Part shown: positions 1-12,004 of the stretch, piece after piece
Numbering within the stretch: position 1 is the first letter of the stretch
Layout: each line of letters opens with the position of its first letter
Origin: Okamejei kenojei
Lineage: Eukaryota
Length of the DNA: 64,000 nt
Assembly (NCBI GenBank): GCA_035221665.1
Contig: CM069165.1
Coordinates: 19,220,001 to 19,284,000, forward strand
Direction: 5' to 3'
Made by a program: the position numbers and the translations under genes
Notes under the pieces: generated by a model
Database searches by the model: none
What the model was told of the DNA's origin: nothing
Seen by the model: only the letters and a program-made list of their open reading frames with translations

Positions 1-399
1 GATGATTAATTCAGTCAAAGCCTCCATCCAGATAGCTACCTGAGTTTCACCAATAAATATTGAACTTGGTTGTCAGAGACTGCACACTTCAAAGGCTGCC
101 GCCTGTGTAGGTGATTTGTTTTCAGATCATGTGGCTTTCAGCATCAGTATTGTGACTTTCAGATCTTAAACTATGTTCAGGAAATAATTTTGTAGTGATG
201 GTTGCCAAAGGCCAGGAATAATCTCATCAACCAGGAGAAGGTAATGTTTGAATAAAATGCAATCAATCCTGCTCCACATTTTCAGGGTTGGAATTGGTAA
301 ATGTATCCACAAAGTTACACTTCATCCAATATCCTGCCCACACCATTCCCATGGCCACTCTAACTATTTAAGACCCTGTAGGTCTGATTAAACTATAGG

Positions 400-590
400 T
401 TTATTTATTGCAGCTGTTCCACAAAGTGGAGTCATCTATGAGCTATTGCTAGGCCTCAGGAGGTGGGATTAATTTTGTGCACAATTCCTCTTGCTATAAA
501 CGTCAAAATGCTTCAAAAATACTTGATTGACTGTTTTGAGATGTCCTAAGGTTATTAAAGGAACTCTTGTAATGCACTACTTGCTTCCTT
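400..590 (+). mobile_element. degenerate 3' part of a DeuSINE/SacSINE1-like element with L2-type tail
   Basis: cttcaaaaatacttgattgactg...gatgtcctaaggttattaaagg...aatgca resembles the Deu-domain/L2 tail; highly diverged. Confidence 0.45.
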
Positions 591-858
591 CCCTTGGTTA
601 CCAGATTACCTTCCTTTGGTTATCCAACAATAAACATCACCAAAAACAGATGAAGTGGCCATTTGTCCCACTGATGTTACTGGGATTTGTCTACGAAACT
701 GCAATTCATCAAAAGTGTGCTTCAAAATACAAATTCTCCCCCTCAGCAACTTATTTGATCATGCTAGCCTTGTTATTCCAAATGTTGGGCTTTTTTGCCT
801 GTTGTTCCAATGCATTGCTAAACCGAACATTTCAAGAACAAACTATTTTAAAATTGGG

Positions 859-1190
859 ATTAGTTTAGTTTAGTTTAGAGAAACCACGTGGAAACAGGCC
901 CTTCAGCCCACAGAGTCTGCACCAACCAGCGATCCATGCACATTAGCACTATCCTATACACACTAGAGACAATTTTACATTTTGTACCTAGCCAATTAAC
1001 CTACAAACTTGTACGTCTTTGGAGCGTGGGAGGAAACCAAAGATGTGGCAGGAAACCAAAGATCTCGGAGAACACCCACGGGGTTACGGGGAGAATGCAC
1101 AGACAGCACCCATTGTTGGGATCGAACCCGGGTCTCTGGCACTGTAAGCGTTGTAAGGGAGCAACTCTACCGCTGCGCCACAGTGCGCCC
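859..1190 (-). mobile_element. HE1-type tRNA-derived SINE, near full length
   Basis: Minus strand has box A (tggcgcagcgg), box B (ggttcgatccc), V-SINE core (ggtttcctccca), CR1-like tail (gggctgaagggcctgtttcc) and (taaac)n end. Confidence 0.9.
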
Positions 1191-1220
1191 GGGATGTACT
1201 GGAAGAATAGCAAAAATGAC

Positions 1221-1274
1221 GGGGTGGAAGATTGCAACCCTCACGTGGTCCGTCCTGTTTCGACTAATGCAATC
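1221..1274 (+). ncRNA. minimal HDV-like self-cleaving ribozyme (predicted)
   Basis: P1 GGGGTGG/CCGTCCT, P2 GATTGCA/TGCAATC, P3 ACC/GGT, L3 CTCACGT, mini-P4 T-TTCG-A, J4/2 CTAA. Activity untested. Confidence 0.8.
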
Positions 1275-1347
1275 AACTCGACGTGCACACACAGAAGATC
1301 AAATAGAACAAGTTGTCCTACAACTTTAGGCTGTGCACGCCACACGA
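1221..1347 (+). mobile_element. short non-autonomous retroelement with 5' HDV-like ribozyme (Ingi/Vingi-like by inference)
   Basis: Flanked by the direct repeat aagaatag(aaa)caaaaatgac (1203-1220 and 1348-1368); no pol III boxes; structured 5' and 3' halves. Confidence 0.8.
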
Positions 1348-1644
1348 AAGAATAGAAACAAAAATGACCAGCAGTCCTTTGAGGGGATAATGCAATGGTA
1401 CAAAGCCACACTTAATGATCACTGCTTATGGCTCAGTATATCAGCACTGTCATAGGTAGTCTTGAACCTGAGCACAAGTTTCTGCAAGGAATAGTTTTCA
1501 AAGAGTCATCTTATTTTTTGTAAATGTCTGGCTCTACAAAGCAGAAGGCTTGCAAAGGGTACATAAATGAAAATCAAACTTTTGGGCACTTCAAAAATTG
1601 AACAAAAATTTGTGACTTTAAAGACCATATTCAGCAATTTCTAG

Positions 1645-1805
1645 AAACTAAGAACTGCCGCTGTCTGTTTATTAAAAAAAGACACAAAGTACTGGAGAAA
1701 CTCAGTCGGCCTGGCAGCATTTCTGGAGAACCTGGATAGGTGACCCGAAACATCACCCATCGATTCTACCCACCGAATTACTCCAGCACTTTGTGTCTTT
1801 TTTTT
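1645..1805. mobile_element. palindromic Penelope-like terminal-repeat remnant
   Basis: aaaaaaagacacaaagtactggag ... ctccagcactttgtgtctttttt inverted arms around gacccgaaacatcacc. Confidence 0.75.
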
Positions 1806-2084
1806 AATGAGTGAATTGTAACTTGCTTATTTACAACACTGCTGTAATCTGTGCAATTTGTAGTGCAGACACCAGCTATTGCAAGCACAGGATGTCAGCA
1901 GATAAGAGTACATCTAGTTTGGAATGAATAGCTGTGACTGAGAGGCATAAACTGGAACTTTAAAATATATGCCCAACAGCTTGACTGGCTCTCTGGTTAA
2001 TGTGGAAACAGGTGCAGCCATTTTCTGCATTGCAAACTCACTCTCATTCATTACTGCTACACATGGGACTAGTTGCACCGGTGA

Positions 2085-2285
2085 TGTTATTTGTTCCTGT
2101 ACACTCCTTTATAATTTGAATTACTTTGTTTATATATATATATATATACAGAACCATTTTTTTGGTGTTCATTATGGTGTTTACAGAGTAGTACTGTATG
2201 TTTACACATCTGTTGTGCTGCTGCAAGTAAGAATTTCATTGTTCTGTTGTTTTAGGACATATGACAATAAAACACTCTTGACTCA
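2085..2285 (+). mobile_element. Rex1/Babar-like LINE 3' UTR fragment
   Basis: gctgctgcaagtaagaatttcattgtt...atgacaataaaacactcttgactc; the same tail follows a Rex1-like ORF end at 50215-50636. Confidence 0.65.
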
Positions 2286-2380
2286 GTCTGCGTGAGCCTA
2301 TCATTTTAGCCAATTAATAAGTGCATTGCTAAACTTAACAACTTTATTCTTCAATATGTTCAATTCAAATTGCAACTTAC

Positions 2381-2407
2381 CTTTTCTCCTCGAAGACCAA
2401 TGTCTCC
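2381..2407 (-). CDS. COL13A1: collagen exon, 27 nt, GDIGLRGEK
   Basis: ttgctttctaaag|GGAGAC...GAAAAG|gtaagt; Gly-X-Y, in frame with the previous exon. Confidence 0.88.
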
Positions 2408-2777
2408 CTTTAGAAAGCAACAAAACAATGTGATAATATTAGGGAGCTTAAGAACATTGCAACAAAGAACAGTTGGAGGCCATTACACCCCCAGGTCTGA
2501 TTTGCATTCAGTGAGATCATGGTTGACCTGTGATTGTAATTTGTTATATTTATCCTTTTCCAAGATATCATAATTCTCACAGTTATCATCAACAAAAAAT
2601 ATTAAATAGGTAATTTTGCAGCATCAAGTCTTGCCTATGGAACAGTTGCACATCACCTCGCCCTCTCCATGCAGAAGTGGCCCCTAGCATTCTATCAGTC
2701 TTTTTGATTATTTGTACCTATTAATGTAATAGCTATCTCTGGACAAAGACTCCCAAGTTGCTTGGGGACACCACTTT

Positions 2778-3020
2778 TTCTAGATTTTCACCCAGAGAGT
2801 TGTGAATCTTTGGAATTCCCTGCCTCAGTGGAGGCCAATTCTCTGGATGCTTTCAAGAGAGAGTTAGATAGAGCTCTTAAATATAGTGGAGTCAATGGAT
2901 ATGGGGAGAAGGCAGGAACGGGGTACTGATTGTGAGTGATCAGCCATGATCACAGTGAATGGTGGTGCTGGCTTGAAGGGCCGAATGGCCTACTCCTGCA
3001 CCTATTGTCTATTGTCTATT
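2778..3020 (+). mobile_element. CR1-clade LINE 3' end
   Basis: FTQRVVNLWNSLP-coding segment, gaagggccgaatggcctactcctgcac and (ctattgt)n tail. Confidence 0.9.
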
Positions 3021-3123
3021 TCAGTTATTGCTTCAAAAAAATCTGACAGTTTTCTCAGGACCTCTAAGGCTTAAAAACTTTTAAATAGATTATATTATCT
3101 CTTATTATTGCAGACTTGCTCAC

Positions 3124-3150
3124 CTTTTCACCTTTTGGACCAGGTAAGCC
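3124..3150 (-). CDS. COL13A1: collagen exon, 27 nt, GLPGPKGEK
   Basis: tattttttcgcag|GGCTTA...GAAAAG|gtgagc; Gly-X-Y, same peptide as in COL23A1. Confidence 0.9.
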
Positions 3151-3789
3151 CTGCGAAAAAATAAAATTAAGTTAGAACTTGAATAAAATATGTTGTGGAT
3201 CGTAAAGTTTACTCCCTGTAAAATATGAGAGGGTGCTTTTCGAATCTTGAACAAAAGTGCAGAAATGATTAAATTCTGCAGAGATATTTATAGTCACATC
3301 ACATGGTAGGAAATGCTGAATGTAAAGATTTACATGTAAAACATTGCAAGACACAGACTCCCATTTCAAAAACTCCAGAGAATTTGGAAATAATATCAAA
3401 AAATATCTGATAATAGTTATTTCATGATTTCGCCAGATAGTGGTAAGCATTACTAATTAATGCTGCTGATAAAATCCAACTTGCTGGGAAATAATATATG
3501 GGATTTTGATTTGTACTTTGGATCTGCAACTAAAAATTCCGTGGCTGCATACTGTATACTGCCTATGGGGCTAAAGTTTTGATTTGTATCTCCAGCATTT
3601 GAAGCCAGATCACAAATGTCGGTTAGCAAAATGTAACCCATATTATTTAATTGCTTACACATGCACTCAAAGGTTCATGTATCTACTTGTATGCATATGT
3701 TTTCTTCAACAGCATTGTCATGCCTGCAAAACTGCAGTGGGTGTACAATGCACATCAAACAATCCTAACAGAGTCCACCACATAAACTG

Positions 3790-3978
3790 GAAGGGGTACA
3801 GAGAGGATTTACAAGGATGCTGCCAGGGCCAGAGGGTCTGAGCTATAGGGAGAGGTTGAGCAGGCTGGGACTCTATTTCTTGGAGTGCAGGAGGATGAGG
3901 GACATGTTGGATGGTGTGGGCAAGTTGGGGCAAAGGGCCTGTTTCCACACTCTATCACTCAATGACCCTTTGACTCTA
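3790..3978 (+). mobile_element. CR1 LINE 3' fragment, internally deleted
   Basis: MLPGPEGLSYRERLSRLGLYFLECRRMR joined directly to the 3' tail. Confidence 0.85.
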
Positions 3979-3980
3979 AA

Positions 3981-4113
3981 AGTTGAAGAAGGGTCTCGAC
4001 CTGAAACGTCACCCATTCCTTCTCTCCAGAGATGCTGCCTGTCCCGCTGAGTTACTCCAACATTTTGTGTCTATCTTTGGTGTACACCAGCATCTCCAGT
4101 TCCTTCCTACACA
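3981..4113 (+). mobile_element. Penelope-like terminal repeat fragment
   Basis: tgaagaagggtctcgacctgaaacgtcacccattcc...gagttactcc...cagttccttcctacac. Confidence 0.8.
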
Positions 4114-5687
4114 GAAAAGCTAAGCTGCCTTTGTTTGTCCAACGCTCGATGAACCTGGATAACATTTTGCATGCATCTTCTTAAAGGAAAGCTACTTTGA
4201 TTTTTGTTATACCTACCATGTCACCTTTTGATCCATCTTTTCCCTGAAAAAGCAAAATTAAAATATTAAACAACAGAACACGAACAAAAACAATATTGTA
4301 AATTTATTTTTATTTTCCAACTCTCTCTCCCCTACTTGTGAAATCAGATGAAAAATATACAAGGAATGAATGTCCCAAGCCCATGTCCACATATGTGCTA
4401 CTTTGCTCTGTTTTACGCAGACATTTACTGTTTTGAGCCTTCTACTGTGATATACCATGAGCACATAATCAAACGTTTCATTCATCAATTCAACAATCAC
4501 TTGAATAAAAACGTCTGTTAAGAACAGTATTCCTTTGATTAAAACGTGAAAAGGCAGAATTGCCTATTTAGCTAATGTAGCAAAATGTTTCTAAGTGCAA
4601 TGAATTGGCTGAGGATTTCAACTTTAAATGAAAGCTCACAACTAAAGCCAAATTCAAAGCTATTAGATCAGCTGCTAGCCTGATTTTTCTTGATATCAAT
4701 GTATGTTTGAAATTCCAATCCCGCCAATCTGTGCATCAAACTTGAAAGGTTAGATGTTCACACAATGGGTAGTTGTGGATAATATATTGCAGTACTACTG
4801 AGATCAAAACAACAGCATATTGTGAGCATATTAAAGCTTGGAAATGGGCTCCAGTCAGATCGCCAGATATCAAATGCCACCAGCAAGTGATATTGCAGCA
4901 AAGCGCAATAGATTTAACATTGTGGTTCTCAATGTTTCAAATTATTCTGAAAGGTTTTGTCTCAATTATATAATAAAAACACATTGAAGACTGATCACTT
5001 GCCAAGCACTGAGCAGTCCAGGGCTCACCAGGAGGGGTTCCCAACCATGTCTTCAATTTGAATTAATCATTGGCTTTAGTTGTGAACTTCCATTGCAATA
5101 TATCCCCCTGGCCTCACTCCATACCTCAGTCCTGAGGAGGGGCCATAGTACCTTCTGATCCATTTGGCCAGAAGATCTAACCACCCTTTTGAATGTGTTA
5201 GCCTGGCTAGTTCAATACCTATACATGTAAATTCAACCTTGGGACGGGAGCCATTTGTAGCCCAGACGAGGTTTGGCGCTAAGGATGCCTGAGAGTTTCT
5301 CAGAATTAACTAAAATCTCACAGAGTAACCCAGGAGATTAATGTATCTGTCAATGCAGATCATGGATTGAACCAGACTGATGCTGCTTGTCATCTCAGGG
5401 ACAAATAGCAATAGACTAACAAATCCTAGCTTTGCACATAGCCTGAGAAGGATTAAAAATGACGGAGACTGTTTTTGCCATTGCCTGATTTGCTTTGGTC
5501 TAAGACCAACACCACTCTCTTAACACCTTCTGATGTGGCCAAGTAATCCAATATGTTGTGGAGATGCAGGGAAAGGAATAAATATTTGAGGCACATGCAC
5601 AAGCACAAAAGCTGGTACGGAATGTTTTTTCATGATGTTACATAATCTTATATAAATCATAATATTATAGAAAAATGAAATACTTAC

Positions 5688-5714
5688 AGATTTACCATCC
5701 AACCCTATAGGGCC
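5688..5714 (-). CDS. COL13A1: collagen exon, 27 nt, GPIGLDGKS
   Basis: tttattttgaag|GGCCCT...AAATCT|gtaagt; matches COL13A1 GPIGLDGKP. Confidence 0.92.
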
Positions 5715-8144
5715 CTTCAAAATAAATTAAACATTGATAAATACAAATTTAGAATCAAAATGTTTCACAACATAAAATTTAAGGCATTTGATTATTTTCA
5801 AAGACATTTCAGCATCAATGTGACTCTGAATCCATTAGTTGAATCGAGCAGTAGAAAGGTTAGTACACAAACATAGAAGCAGAGAAGATGCTCTTTTCCA
5901 GACTTGTTTAGGCACCAGCATTTTGTTTAAGATGCAGATTTTAGCTGGCTCCCATCAGCTGGTAGTGAAGTGTGTAAAGCACGCTCAAACCTGGTCAGTT
6001 TATTGTTTCAATATGTTCACCAAAAAATAAGAAAACAGACAAACGGAAGCAGCTTGGCAAATTGAACACATCACAGCTGGCAAGAAATGAATATGTTAAA
6101 TGGTAAATCATTTCTGACAATATTAACTGTTAAAAGATATTTTTCCAGTTTGGTGCAAGCGCCAGCACTCAACATCTGGCAACTGAATAGTTTACTGTAG
6201 GTGTGAGTAAATTAAAAGCACAGGAGCAAAATATTTTAAAATGCTGTTCAACATCACAAGGATAATTCTACATCATTAACAATCACAGCACTTTGGAATA
6301 GGGCCTTTCACCAATGTATAGATTATATTCAAGTATGAACCAAGAGGTGTACAATATGTTTGTACTAAAGCTGAAGTCAGTCTCAGCTTTCCTAAACCGT
6401 GAATGATATTCTATTCCAAACCTCATTACTTCCCGACTAATTCCCTTGCTTACACTCTGTAGCTGTTTGTTGGAGGTATGTATGCACGCTGGCTGATCAG
6501 AGAGCAGCTGAATCGTGAGCAAAGTACATTCCCACAACTGGCTTCATGTTTCGCTGCTATCTTGAGCCCAAGTGCCGAAGATATACAAACTGTACTCTGC
6601 CTCCGCGCTGCAAATCATTCATTATTAAAGCAGTATCGTATGCAACACTTAAGATTTCTAATCAAACACATGGCAAAAAATAACAACATTCTCATTGCTT
6701 CCTAACACATTCCCAAAGCGCTCCATTGGATTAAGAATCATGGAATCTATGATACAGAACTGAAATGATATGAGAGAACTGCTTGATGTCAGATGAGTGT
6801 TCTTCATCACTTTGCTAACACAGAATTGAAAAGCTCGTGAGTGTTATTTCCCTGAACTTTGGGAAGGAATAAGTGACAACCCAGCCTACAAACTCTCAGG
6901 GTCAGTGGAACACCGACATAATTTGTTCCTTCATTTTTTATTGAACTCAGATGCAAGTTAGAATCCATATCATTATGTCTTAGTCTTTTGCTTACTATTA
7001 CTGATCTATGATAATATTATCACTCCCCACTAATTGCAATCCTTAAACCTTGCCTCACACCTTGCTCAGTAGCAGTGACAGGTTAGAATAATCGATATCT
7101 GTCAACCCAAATTTCCAGGGTCACATTTGCAAGTTTGCATTTAAGAAGAGATTGCGCACTTCATAGCAATCCACATAAGTATTATTAGTGATATTTATAG
7201 AAAGCTTTCGCATGTCAGTCCAAAATGCAGATACACAATTCAAGCATTAAAGTTAAGTTTAAGAAAGCCAAAATAGATTTTCCTATCCTTCTTTAAGGTC
7301 ATCAATAAAACTAAAAAAAAAAAAAATAGTTGTACAACTCATTTTAATTTGCCATGCGTTCATGGCTACAGACTTTGATGATATGACAATTGTGGTTGTG
7401 CATCAAATTAAGTCATAATATGTGAAGCACATTGGGATAGTTCAGAGAAAAGTGAAAAACACAACACTTTACCTCTGACTAAAAACAATGGGAAAATAAC
7501 ATTGCTTCATTTTCTAGAATAAGTTCAATTTGACAATTTAAACGATTATGTCTACAAGTACTTGACTAAATCAGAACTTGATAAATTTGTTTTGTTTTCA
7601 AAAATGCTACTGTGCAGAAAGGTCTTGCATATCCCCATTCTTGGCAGACGTTCCAGAGACCTTACGCACTGTAGAGATGTGGCTGCCCTCACTTGCAGCT
7701 TCCTGCCTGCAGCTCTGATTCATCCCTGATATTATTAGGAGCCATCCTTAATTAATTTCAATCAGATCAATTTTGACAAGTTTGCACTCAAGTTCCAAGG
7801 GGCTTCACAGGACTGCTATGTAAGGATATTTGCCGCTGAGCTTTTAGCAGAGGCGCTCAATTGGATATGTTGGAATGGAATCCAAAATGTATGAGAACAG
7901 CTTTAATGTGGTGAGCAAGCTAAGCTCAAGGTAATGTGAAAGTATCAATCAAACCATGCAACTATAGGACAGGCAGCGTGTACAACTTATAAATCAAGGT
8001 GGGTCTAAGTATATTATCAATTCCTTTCAGAGTGTCCATCCATTCAATCGTACAAATAAATCAAATAAATTTGGTTATCAACAGCAAACTGTTAAATATT
8101 ACTGAATAAGTGGATTTCCAAAAGTGTCTCAAACGTCAACACAC

Positions 8145-8180
8145 CGGATATCCTGGGAACCCTCTTGCTCCTGGTTGACC
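8145..8180 (-). CDS. COL13A1: collagen exon, 36 nt, GQPGARGFPGYP
   Basis: ttttaatttag|GGTCAA...TATCCG|gtgtgt; matches COL13A1 GQPGTRGFPGFP. Confidence 0.92.
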
Positions 8181-8430
8181 CTAAATTAAAAGAAAACACA
8201 ATTGGGGGAATTAATCCAAACCATCATGTTTTTGTCTCTCTGATCACTTGCATTTATTAGGTCTCAAGCCAGGTACAAACTTGGTCTTTTAAATCAATAG
8301 TAATCATTTTTCTTCTCAAGTACGGTTTTCTAAACAATTATCCTCATTAGCAACTCATTTGATTTAAACCATAAGCCAACATGAGTGGAAATAGTGAGAA
8401 GTTGTCCCAGCAAGTCATAGCAGAAGTCCT

Positions 8431-8642
8431 GGGTACACTAAAGGCTGGAGAAACTCAGCGGGTGCAGCAGCATCTAAGGAGCGAAGGAGATAGGCGACGT
8501 TTCGGGTCGAGACCCTTCTTCAGACTGGTCAGGGATCAGGGAAACGAGAGATATAGACGGTAATGTGGAGAGATAAAGAACAGTGAATGAAAGATATGCA
8601 AAAAAGTATCAATGATAAAGGGAACAAGCCATTGTAAGCTGG
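8431..8642 (-). mobile_element. Penelope-like terminal repeat insertion with 13-bp TSD and intact hammerhead core
   Basis: Perfect TSD tagcagaagtcct at 8418-8430 and 8643-8655; minus strand reads CTGAAGAAGGGTCTCGACCCGAAACGTC (8496-8523). Confidence 0.88.
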
Positions 8643-9278
8643 TAGCAGAAGTCCTATTGTGGATAAATGCTGTCAGCGCCACCAGTGCATTCATTATGAG
8701 TGTCCTGTTCAATGTAAACTTATGTTACTTCTCCAATGTCCTTTTTTAACTTTGGAAGAACAAAAGGCCAACTATAGAGCCAATTCAAACATTCGAACCT
8801 CCAACATACTGGCAGCAGAGTTGAAGGCTGAGCTTGCACAGTTTTAGCTCCTGGATGAAGTATTTTTATTAAGGGAGGGATGAGAACAGGGAGAATACAA
8901 AAGCAGCAAATCGCTTGGAGTCATTACTCCTGCCCGTGATCATGATGTGAAATTAGTGCTTCTTATGTTTCTTTGCCACTTGTCTGGCAAACAAACCCAA
9001 GTGCCACAACTTCTCTCAAATCAAAGTAAGGGTCAAGGCCCCTCTGAAACTTCACCTCAGTATCTGTGCGAGCTGGGAATTACAGGCCATCTTGCTGCTT
9101 GCAGCTGCATTACAGAAAAGCTCTACCAGTAAAGTGGGCTACCCAAGACTCTGGACTGATGCATCTTTCCCATTTGGCTTCAATGCCGGACTCCCCAAAC
9201 ATGCAGGTGCTAATAGAGGACACTCGTGCCCTTTCAGATCTTGAGCATAAAACACACAGTGCGGGAGTAATGGAGTAA

Positions 9279-9492
9279 AGGGCCTGTCCCACTTGGGCGT
9301 CATTTGCGCGTCACGCAGATGGCGCGCAAAGACTTTGTACATCCCAAAATCCTGGGGATCCGCACGCGGCCGCTCATCACCACACACCATGCGCACGTAA
9401 TGCACACCATGCGCACATCATGTCCACAGTTGTGACGTGTAAATTATGTCGCGTAAATTACGTGCAAATTATGCCCAAATGGGACAGGCCCT
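9279..9492. mobile_element. PIF/Harbinger-type MITE, 214 bp
   Basis: ~33-bp TIRs agggcctgtcccacttgggcgtcatttgcgcgt / acgtgcaaattatgcccaaatgggacaggccct; flanks TAA and TAG; CpG-rich. Confidence 0.85.
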
Positions 9493-10199
9493 TAGCTAAG
9501 CAGATCCAGGACATGGATAAATTACATTTTAGGCCGGGGCCCTTCTTCAAACATCCACATTCCTTGTGTCTCCCTTTCAGATCTTCCCAGGCATTTTCGC
9601 ACAGTAAGCATCCTTTGCACAAGGAAGCTGTTTCCTGTGTGCACTGTGTTTTTTTCTGTAGCCTGTGCATGTCCCTCTGTTTTCTGAGAAGACTCTGCCA
9701 CCTCCTCCCAGCCACAATCGTGGCATGCACTCATTCCTTGCCAATACCATCCAGTAGCTGAATGAAAGGGATTGCATTGTGGTATGACCCTTTAAGTGCC
9801 AGAGCTACTTCCTGAGGTCAGAGCTGTGAGGAAAGGTACTATTAACGGGAGAAACATGACACCTACCTCCAGCTGTTTCTGAAAACGAGTATACTGTTAC
9901 ACCAGGGAGCCTGCTGGCATTGTCTTGGAACTGGTGCTTATTAATTTCACAAATTTCTTTTTAGAGTTTATTTCAAAGCAGCATCGGGGAGACTGTTAAT
10001 TTCAGAGAAGCGTGGCATATGAATGGTTAGGCCTATACTCAGTCCCTCTAACAAGTGGCCATATATGTGCACATTTAGACAGTCTGGTTGGCAAACTATT
10101 CTGCGTGGATCTTGTTACTGAATAGATTTGGGAGAGGAGTGGGAGATAATAGTGATGTAGGAAGAAAACTAACACAGCCCAGCAGAATCTGACAGTGGA

Positions 10200-10745
10200 C
10201 ATCATGGGCAGTGAGGACCACATCTGCCTGAGTCAGAAGGTTACATATTTAATTCTCTCTCCATAGGAGTGAGCACCAAAATGTCAATTACTCTAAACTG
10301 TTAATGTTGAACAGGGTTCGAACCATTTGCTCAGGTGGAGGGGAAAGAACATTAAAGGTGTACTGTTTCAAAGAAGAGCAAGAAAGTCAGGATTGGCAGC
10401 CTGTCCAACAAAAAATAAATCTCACCAAAAGGATTACTTGGTGACTATCACACTCCTCCTTCTAGGAGCTAGCTGTGATAAAGTAGTAGACAATAGACAC
10501 AAAATGCTGGACTAACTCAGCGGGACAGGCAGCATCTATGGAGAGAAGGAATGGGTGACATTTTCCTTCTATCAAGATGCTGAGTTTCTCCAACATTTTG
10601 TGTCTATCTTCGGTTTAGACCAGCATCTGCAGTTCCTTCCTACACATTAAGTAGGCAATAATTGTTTCCTACAAGAGTGACAAAAAGTTCTTCAATGTAA
10701 ATTGCCCTGGGATAAAAGGTGCTATTGAAATGCAAGTCATCTTCC
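10200..10745 (+). mobile_element. old DeuSINE-like element interrupted by a palindromic Penelope-like remnant (about 10490-10645)
   Basis: ctgagtcagaaggtt...ctcaggtgga...aagaagagca...aaaggtgctattgaaatgcaagtc; insert has inverted gacacaaaatgctgga arms. Confidence 0.6.
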
Positions 10746-11922
10746 TCTCCAGGCTGTAACCTGATCTTGCATCGAGTAGAGTTCTAATCAGAAATAGAAG
10801 TGCTGGCTAGCTTCCCCTGCCTTGCCCAGATCATGAAAGCCAGCCAATTGACCCATCCTGTCATCACTCCAGCAGAGCTCAGGCTAACTTAGCGCTACAG
10901 AGAGAAATCAAACCTCAAGCTTGGCTGGACAGAAACAGCTGAGCCATCACAGAAGCATGTAGGACTTTATTGTGAAAGGGTTTTAGATGTGAAATTGGTC
11001 ACTGGCAGCGATGTGACGTCACTATTAAATCAAGGCAGTTTCCTGATCATTGCTTTTCCCAGCATTGTATCTTCATCGTAATGAATGAGTGAAATTCGAT
11101 CTATGTTAAAAAAAAAGTTTACTACAACTTCTCAAATTTCCAACTAATTGAACAACAATTGGGCTTAATCCTGACTTTAATAAGATAATATATGGTTCTA
11201 GTCCTACCTGTTCTTTACAGAGACATTAACTTAAGATTAAAGATTCAGAGTTTTTTCCAATTAAGTTTCGTTAATTGAAATGTTATATAACAGACACATT
11301 TCTCAAATGATTTCTGCAGATGACTGGCTCATGGACTCACAAGTCTCACCACAATATCTAAAGTAAATTTAAATCTGTTCCATTTAAAGCTATTGAGAAA
11401 AAGCAGACCAGTTGTCCTGTTATTTGTTTGTCATTTGTTAAATGCAAAATATGGGAGGGGGTAACTCATTCACAAGCTGTTCCTCATTAGTAATGGTTTA
11501 TCATGCTGCTTTTGATGGCTAACTAAAAAAACAGATGGTTAAACTATGTTGTCACATTGCTGAGGACCTGACTTAAGCTGATGCGAGAGTGAAAAATACT
11601 GTAAATAAATCAATTCTTTATGGTATATTTGAACAGGAAATAACACATCAAAGAAACAAAATACTTTCCTATCATCTTTAAAAGGACTTTGCCTTTCCTG
11701 GCACATTGACATGTCCACTCTTAGCAGTTCCTATATAAGCATGGCCATAGTTGTCAAGGTCTATTGAGTTAAGAAAATGCAACTGCAGAGTAAATCTAAC
11801 CAGGCTCTTAACTGAAATATGGAGAAAAAACTTGCGTTTGGCCATAGCTCATTTATAAAATTAATCTGATCACAATTTATGATGCTGGGATATGCAAATA
11901 AGAATCATGCCTTCAGCAGTTA

Positions 11923-11968
11923 ATTGATAGACATCTGAACAATAGATTGATAGCCATCTGAACAATAG
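11923..11968. repeat. 23-bp tandem duplication
   Basis: attgatagacatctgaacaatag / attgatagccatctgaacaatag, one mismatch. Confidence 0.9.
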
Positions 11969-12004
11969 TCTCAAATTTGTTCATGTATTTTCTGCATATT
12001 TTTC

